From Thalia democratica (taxonomy: Eukaryota): a stretch of 64,000 nucleotides of DNA. Shown one piece after another: positions 60,301-64,000 of the stretch; position 1 is the first letter of the stretch; every line of letters starts with the position of its first letter. Under the pieces are notes generated by a model. The model did not search any database and was not told the origin of the DNA. It was given only the letters and a program-made list of their open reading frames with translations. The translations under genes were made by a program, and so were the position numbers. The stretch spans positions 1 through 64,000 of the forward strand of contig CBDBBG010000042.1 in NCBI GenBank assembly GCA_965202585.1, written 5' to 3'.

Positions 60301-63300
60301 GTATCATAATTAATTTAATACCTAGTCTTGAATAAACTTTCTGTTTGGTAATGATCATGTTTAATATAAGAAATTTATTGTAAAATTTTTTATTTTTTAA
60401 ATTTGTTTAATTTAATATCATTTTTAGTGTTGAAAAAACTTTCTGTATGGTAATGACTATATTTAGTATAAAAATTTATAGAAAAAATGTTTATGTTTTA
60501 AATTTGTTTTTTTATTACTCTATCTCTAGTGTTGACTGATTTCTTTATTTGAAATGTAAGTTAAATACAAATATAAATACTTTAGAGAAACGTAAAAACT
60601 ACAAATAAAGAAAAAAAATTACAACTGAAATTGGACACCTTAAGTATAAAAACATTTTTAAAAAATTTATTAATAATAGTTTCAACTCAAACTTTAAAAC
60701 TGTTGGTGTTTCTGAGCTCTTATGGCAGTTATCAAGCAAATAAACAATAACAAAAAAAATATTTTCAACTCACATTATAAAACTGTTGGTGTTTTTGGGC
60801 TCTTATGGCAGTTATCCAACTATCCATGTTTCTTCTTGTGTCTGTGCACAACATCAGTTTGTAGTTGGAACCAATTACCTGCAGTCGTATTAAAAATACT
60901 AGTCACAAATACATACTGTACCAGTATGTATTATATGTCAATATTTCATCTTGTGTTTGTGCATAATATTAATGTGTTTTTTAAAACCGATTACATAAAA
61001 TAAATAGTAAAATTTATTACCTATGAAGATAATAAAGCTGTATATACATGTACAAAATAAAAGTTATCAAAACTATGCCAGTGTGTGACACCAGCTTGTA
61101 ACTTGTTCCTTATACTTGTAGTAAAATAATAATGAAATACAAGTAAATACAACAAAAATTTAATTTGTCTTTGAAATGTGTCTCTAATTTGATTGTCATG
61201 AATATTTATTAAATTACCAGTCTACTATTATTTTTATATTTTAAATTTTTTATACTTTCATACAATAAGTTTTAAAACTGATTTCAGAACAGTTAATTTT
61301 TTTCTAAAAGTTTTTAAACTATTACAAAAATAATAATTTATTACTTTTGAGAAAAACAATTACTAAATTTCACTGCGAATCAGATTTTCAAATTGTCAAT
61401 CTGTAGTAAAATAATAATAGTAAAAATGACAAATAATTAAAAATGGGTTTGAATTAAGTTTTTTGTTTACAAAATTAAAACTAAAAAAATTAATGATAAA
61501 CCATTCCTTGTGGATATATTAATATGTCTTATTTATTTGTATTGAACTCAAAAGTTATTACAAAATTAAACATAATTACATTAAATAATAAAACTAACAG
61601 AAAAGCTGCAGTTGATATTTTTGTGACTGTTTTCAGCAACACTACACCCATTCAAGTCAAATTCATTGAATATTTCAGCCTGAAAATAGTTAATCAAATT
61701 ATCTAATAAAATTTACAAAACTTACATAATTTTAATTTATATAACTAATAATTCTAGTTTTTATTTGCAAAACTAAGTTTCATCCTTTTAAGGGATCTTC
61801 AGTTACAAATTCTATTGAATGAGATTTAAATTGTAACTGGAGATCCCTTAAAGGGTGAAACTTAATTTAGTAAATAAAAATGTTGAATAATTAATCTTTC
61901 ATATTTGTCTTCTTATTTTTAAATAAGTTGAAAACTATTTTCTACAATTAAGAACCTCAAATAACATTCTATAGTTTTAATTTGTTTTATAGTGTCACGT
62001 GTGAATTTATTCAATTCATATATTCAAAGCCTGCCCACACTAATAACATTTTCAACAAATTAGTAACAATAGCATTTATTGGTTGAAAATATTTTTTTAA
62101 ACTAAACTAACATCTTCAGATTTGGCATAATACAACTTTCCACCTCTCAACTTGAAATATCTTGATTTCCATCTCTACAAATTAAACTTATTGTTTTTTT
62201 ATATAAAAGTAAAATATAGTTTTTATTTTATTACAATATTTCTAAAAAAAAAATCAGTAAATTGATCAAGTATAATACTTTATGATATTCTAAAACTAAG
62301 TTTTTTGTAGAGTAATAATATATAATAACTTACATAGGTCAACTATATCTTTAAAATAAATAATTTATTAATCTTTACATCTTCAATATTTATCTTATGA
62401 CTTTTATAAAATAAATATTTTTAGGATTTTTTACAAAAACGGTTTTTCAAATAATGAAATAAAGCTTAAAATTGAGACTTTGTAAATTAATTATTTTCCA
62501 TGGATACATTTTATTTTTGATCAAAAAAATAACTTGAAATGTAAAATCCATACATACTTTTAGCAAAATATGTTGAAAATAGTCAACTTAAAAATTAATT
62601 TTTTATCAAGTGTTTAAGTTTTCTAAACAATTAACTTGTAAACTTAAATATTATTATTTTTATATTTAATCAAAAACCAACTTGAAACGAGCCAGGTGAC
62701 TGTTTGAAAAGTAATCCTTCTTTGATGGACTTCTGCAAAATTTAATCATTTAAACCTAATTTACTTTCAACTGGCACTAATACAATTTCTTTGTTGATCA
62801 CTTAAAAACTCAAATGCATATTATAGTAGTTTTAAAATGATGATTACTTGAAGAATTAGTTTCAAATAAAATTGCAACAATTACAAAAATTAAACTTATA
62901 ATAATGGGAGGCCTAAAGTTTACTAGCTTTAAAGTACAACAAAGATGTGTATGAAGCGTTAGAAAATACAGAAAAAACTTTTTTTAAACTAGTTGCAATA
63001 AACTGTAATAAACTTTTTACTACTTTTATCATGTAATATACAAAAACTAAGGGTAACATAATAAATGTCCTAGACAAGACGTTAAAAGGTGTCCAAAGGT
63101 TCTTCCAAAGACCAAATATTTCCAGTGTTTTTTTTTTTTTTGTTGCTCAATAAACTATGATAAAACTGATTTTAAAGCCATCAACTCAACTCACCTTCTT
63201 CCTGATTTGTTTCCTGGTTGAGACCTTCCTGATACTTTTCAGCTGATCATTACCTTCTGTTTCACTGTCCGATGAGCAAACTGATTCAGTGCTCCTGTCC

Positions 63301-63324
63301 TTCAACCTCAAAACTGTTTCCTCA
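15306..63324 (-). CDS. DGKH: Type II diacylglycerol kinase (eta/delta family): PH, C1, C1, catalytic, accessory, SAM; 31 exons, 5' end outside window
   Basis: Recognisable family motifs in order: [133 protein letters not shown]. The symbol denotes the DGKH/DGKD orthogroup. Two frameshifts and one in-frame stop as written. Confidence 0.93.
15806..15936 (-). CDS. DGKH: DGK exon, SAM: [36 protein letters not shown]
   Basis: ttcag acceptor, donor gtttgt, SAM motif. Confidence 0.92.
16001..16065 (-). pseudogene. Decayed copy of the start of the SAM exon
   Basis: tttacag|tcgctcaacggggcacg...cttgaaaaaattcaacttg aligns to tggcacaatggggaaca...cttgaaaaagttcaacttc, with a frameshift and stops. Confidence 0.7.
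16776..16812. repeat. Perfect 16-bp hairpin with 5-nt loop
   Basis: atacattcttctacta-ttttt-tagtagaagaatgtat. Confidence 0.85.
17347..17479 (-). CDS. DGKH: DGK exon [24 protein letters not shown]...EFTN
   Basis: acag acceptor, donor gtaagt, phase 0 to 1 fits. Confidence 0.8.
17774..17875 (-). CDS. DGKH: DGK exon [34 protein letters not shown]
   Basis: tttcag acceptor, donor gttggt, 34 codons. Confidence 0.8.
18284..18470 (-). CDS. DGKH: DGK exon [15 protein letters not shown]...LLHDDDQ
   Basis: cctctag acceptor, donor gtttga, GC-rich open frame. Confidence 0.85.
18824..19008 (-). CDS. DGKH: DGK exon ..[12 protein letters not shown]...VVATG, in-frame TGA at codon 2 as written
   Basis: ttttttcag acceptor, donor gttcgt, phases fit both neighbours; 5' edge uncertain. 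Confidence 0.7.
19281..19387 (-). CDS. DGKH: DGK exon [36 protein letters not shown]
   Basis: Accessory-domain signature, donor gtcagt. Confidence 0.95.
22090..22770. repeat. Tandem array of about 8 copies (about 93-96 bp for the proximal units) of exon 3' end plus donor plus intron start
   Basis: actgacccagcaatgtgattctgagtgtggagcactgcgcgatt at 22731, 22637, 22544, 22451, 22355 and more degenerate copies near 22262, 22204, 22110. Confidence 0.9.
22734..22890 (-). CDS. DGKH: DGK exon [18 protein letters not shown]...[16 protein letters not shown]
   Basis: Accessory-domain motifs, donor gtcagt. Confidence 0.95.
23046..23248 (-). CDS. DGKH: DGK exon [24 protein letters not shown]...[19 protein letters not shown], +1 frame break at 23204-23205
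   Basis: Both halves match the accessory domain but in frames offset by one base. Confidence 0.9.
23438..23631. mobile_element. MITE-like element with about 38-bp imperfect TIRs
   Basis: atccacccgcgttcaaaatccaccca versus reverse complement of tgggttgattttgaacgcgggtagat. Confidence 0.7.
23821..23931 (-). CDS. DGKH: DGK exon [37 protein letters not shown]
   Basis: Start of accessory domain, donor gtaagt. Confidence 0.95.
24253..24373 (-). CDS. DGKH: DGK linker exon [40 protein letters not shown]
   Basis: cttacag acceptor, donor gtaagt, phase 1 to 2 fits. Confidence 0.8.
25029..25145 (-). CDS. DGKH: Probable DGK linker exon [39 protein letters not shown]
   Basis: Symmetric phase 1-1 open frame, donor gttagt, weak AAG acceptor. 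Confidence 0.55.
25407..25444 (-). CDS. DGKH: DGK small linker exon [12 protein letters not shown]
   Basis: ttttgcag acceptor, donor gttagc, bridges phase 2 to 1. Confidence 0.65.
26820..26942 (-). CDS. DGKH: DGK linker exon [16 protein letters not shown]...GGDVSTS
   Basis: DEQN motif as recalled for type II DGKs, donor gtaagt. Confidence 0.85.
27319..27416 (-). CDS. DGKH: DGK exon [31 protein letters not shown] (3' edge uncertain)
   Basis: MLRANS motif of type II DGKs; this is not the frame given by ORF 27322..27657. Confidence 0.85.
27819..27929 (-). CDS. DGKH: DGK linker exon [16 protein letters not shown]...KLASK
   Basis: tttccag acceptor, donor gtcagt, 37 codons. Confidence 0.8.
28357..28522 (-). 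CDS. DGKH: DGK exon [14 protein letters not shown]...KNNNE
   Basis: Inside ORF 28333..28539, phase 2 to 0 fits. Confidence 0.85.
29803..30032. mobile_element. MITE, CAGGGTTGCCA family (subfamily A)
   Basis: TIRs cagggttgccaca / tgtggcaaccctg; interior similar to 59400..59732. Confidence 0.8.
30463..30560 (-). CDS. DGKH: DGK exon [33 protein letters not shown]
   Basis: tttag acceptor, donor gttagt, phases fit. Confidence 0.85.
31185..31278 (-). CDS. DGKH: DGK exon [17 protein letters not shown]...SKQD
   Basis: Completes the MLDRWS motif, donor gtatgt. Confidence 0.9.
31570..31709 (-). CDS. DGKH: DGK catalytic exon [21 protein letters not shown]...VKMLDR
   Basis: Catalytic signature. Confidence 0.96.
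31846..32506. mobile_element. Foldback/MITE with about 70-95 bp TIRs
   Basis: aattttacgtgcgttctcaat..accgataaaataa..ggttgtccagt (31870-31939) is the inverse of 32401-32472. Confidence 0.8.
32234..32386. mobile_element. Degenerate CAGGGTTGCCA-family copy nested in the foldback element
   Basis: Right end gcaaccctg and internal ttgtcaagttccaggtttttcc shared with the 47828 and 48480 copies. Confidence 0.55.
33655..33814. mobile_element. Small inverted-repeat element, about 43-bp arms
   Basis: attcactaccaggttttagtggcaaaaa versus reverse complement of tttttgccactgaaacctgttagtgaat. Confidence 0.7.
33957..34065 (-). CDS. DGKH: DGK catalytic exon [36 protein letters not shown]
   Basis: ATP-binding motif region, donor gtttga. 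Confidence 0.95.
36065..36227 (-). CDS. DGKH: DGK catalytic exon [28 protein letters not shown]...[11 protein letters not shown]
   Basis: Start of catalytic domain, donor gtcggt. Confidence 0.96.
37600..38280. repeat. Degenerate intronic tandem duplications not linked to an exon
   Basis: ttaaataaactttacac..caat..acag.ttttgtaagtt at about 37628 and 37903, with further weaker units. Confidence 0.55.
42098..42200 (-). CDS. DGKH: DGK exon [35 protein letters not shown] (end of second C1)
   Basis: C1 Cys/His pattern, donor gtcagt. Confidence 0.93.
44749..44873 (-). CDS. DGKH: DGK exon [42 protein letters not shown], -1 frame break near 44766
   Basis: Second C1 signature; exon is 125 bp where 126 is needed. 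Confidence 0.92.
47828..48081. mobile_element. MITE, CAGGGTTGCCA family (subfamily B)
   Basis: cagggttgccaa ... tagcaaccctg, internal ttttccaggtttt repeats. Confidence 0.75.
48480..48873. mobile_element. MITE, CAGGGTTGCCA family (subfamily B) with gtaata on both flanks
   Basis: gtaata|cagggttgccactt ... aagtggcaaccttg|gtaata. Confidence 0.8.
51053..51159 (-). CDS. DGKH: DGK exon [36 protein letters not shown]
   Basis: End of first C1, donor gttagt. Confidence 0.95.
59400..59732. mobile_element. MITE, CAGGGTTGCCA family (subfamily A)
   Basis: ctgggttgccaca ... gttgcaaccctg; shares cattagcaaaatgca..atgataaactttctta with 29803..30032. Confidence 0.75.
60163..60298 (-). CDS. DGKH: DGK exon [45 protein letters not shown]
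   Basis: First C1 signature, inside ORF 60152..60358. Confidence 0.96.
60774..60878 (-). CDS. DGKH: DGK PH exon [35 protein letters not shown]
   Basis: PH terminal helix with W, donor gtgagt. Confidence 0.92.
61599..61679 (-). CDS. DGKH: DGK PH exon [27 protein letters not shown]
   Basis: ttttcag acceptor, donor gttagt, SVAE motif. Confidence 0.92.
61758..61880. repeat. Hairpin/MITE with about 50-bp arms
   Basis: aagtttcatcctttt aagggatcttcagttacaa versus ttgtaactggagatcccttaaagggtgaaactt. Confidence 0.75.
62112..62174 (-). CDS. DGKH: DGK PH exon [21 protein letters not shown]
   Basis: PH signature, donor gttagt. Confidence 0.93.
62682..62732 (-). CDS. DGKH: DGK PH exon [17 protein letters not shown]
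   Basis: PH first strand IKEG motif, donor gttggt. Confidence 0.92.
63195..63324 (-). CDS. DGKH: DGK N-terminal exon [43 protein letters not shown]
   Basis: SSDSE..IRKVST motif of type II DGKs, donor gtgagt. Confidence 0.9.
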
Positions 63325-64000
63325 CTGTGAAAATAATTAATTGTTATTGTGAATGTTACAAATTGTATGAATGGGAATTTTTCTATGTTAGTTTACAAAC
63401 TATTAAAAAAACTTAATATGTACTTGATTATGAAAAATACAAAATTAGTAGTTATATTAAGGATATTACAATATATACGTGAACATTATATATATGACTT
63501 CACTGTGAAAACAATATACGAAAAACACTAGTATTTAATTACTATTATGAATACTACAAATTGTAAAAATGAGTCTTTTTCTTATATCTAACAATGATGC
63601 AAAGACCACAGTTAGTGTGTTAGAATACAATAGTCTCATTAAAATATAATGTTATGGTAAGTAATGGAGTTATAAACTCCATTAAAAAGTTATAAACTTT
63701 TTTTTTTAATTACAGAACTAGGTGCTCAATCACTGTGAAGTATGCAATATTATGTATAAAAATGTAATTTATTATCAACAAAAATTCATTAGTTGCATTT
63801 ACATTATAACTTGTTGAAAAATGGAATACAAAGTAATTTTTCAATGAAAAAGAACCCTTGTAAGCTAGTTGTAACTAAATTAAAATTTGAGCTAAAGCTT
63901 AATATGAAAAAAAGTCATAGACAGGTGATAAAAAAAATACAAAATTATAAAAACTACTTATATATAGTTCCCCAGATGACATAGAATTTTAGTTTGCACA

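Noticed and set aside
1-64000. tRNA, rRNA, snRNA or prokaryotic features
   Set aside because: None recognisable by eye; a covariance-model search would be needed to exclude small ncRNAs.

Overview
AT-rich, intron-rich animal DNA with two convergent, partial genes. The taxon cannot be fixed from sequence; a tunicate-like invertebrate is only a guess. (1) Plus strand 126..9672: 3' part of a multi-PDZ NHERF/PDZK1-family scaffold, 14-15 exons, at least 3 PDZ domains, followed by a long Glu/Arg/Lys helical spacer and an unfamiliar tail. (2) Minus strand 63324..15306: nearly complete type II diacylglycerol kinase (DGKH/DGKD family; PH, two C1, split catalytic/accessory, SAM), 31 exons traced by hand, about 1220 codons, 5' end outside the window. 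Both genes carry isolated frame breaks (about 5541, 23204, 44766, in-frame TGA at 19003-19005); at least some are probably assembly errors. Several MITEs and hairpins lie in introns and the intergenic gap. The main unexplained signals are: (a) about 15 of 46 exons are flanked by degenerate tandem echoes of their own edge including the splice site, often about 130 bp away; (b) neighbouring exons flip between about 20-38% and 60-75% GC3; (c) CRE (TGACGTCA) and RFX X-box palindromes cluster on exons; (d) about 73% of donors have a pyrimidine at +3; (e) the DGK has a sphingosine-kinase-type SGDG instead of GGDG. All coordinates and counts were made by eye and need computational confirmation.
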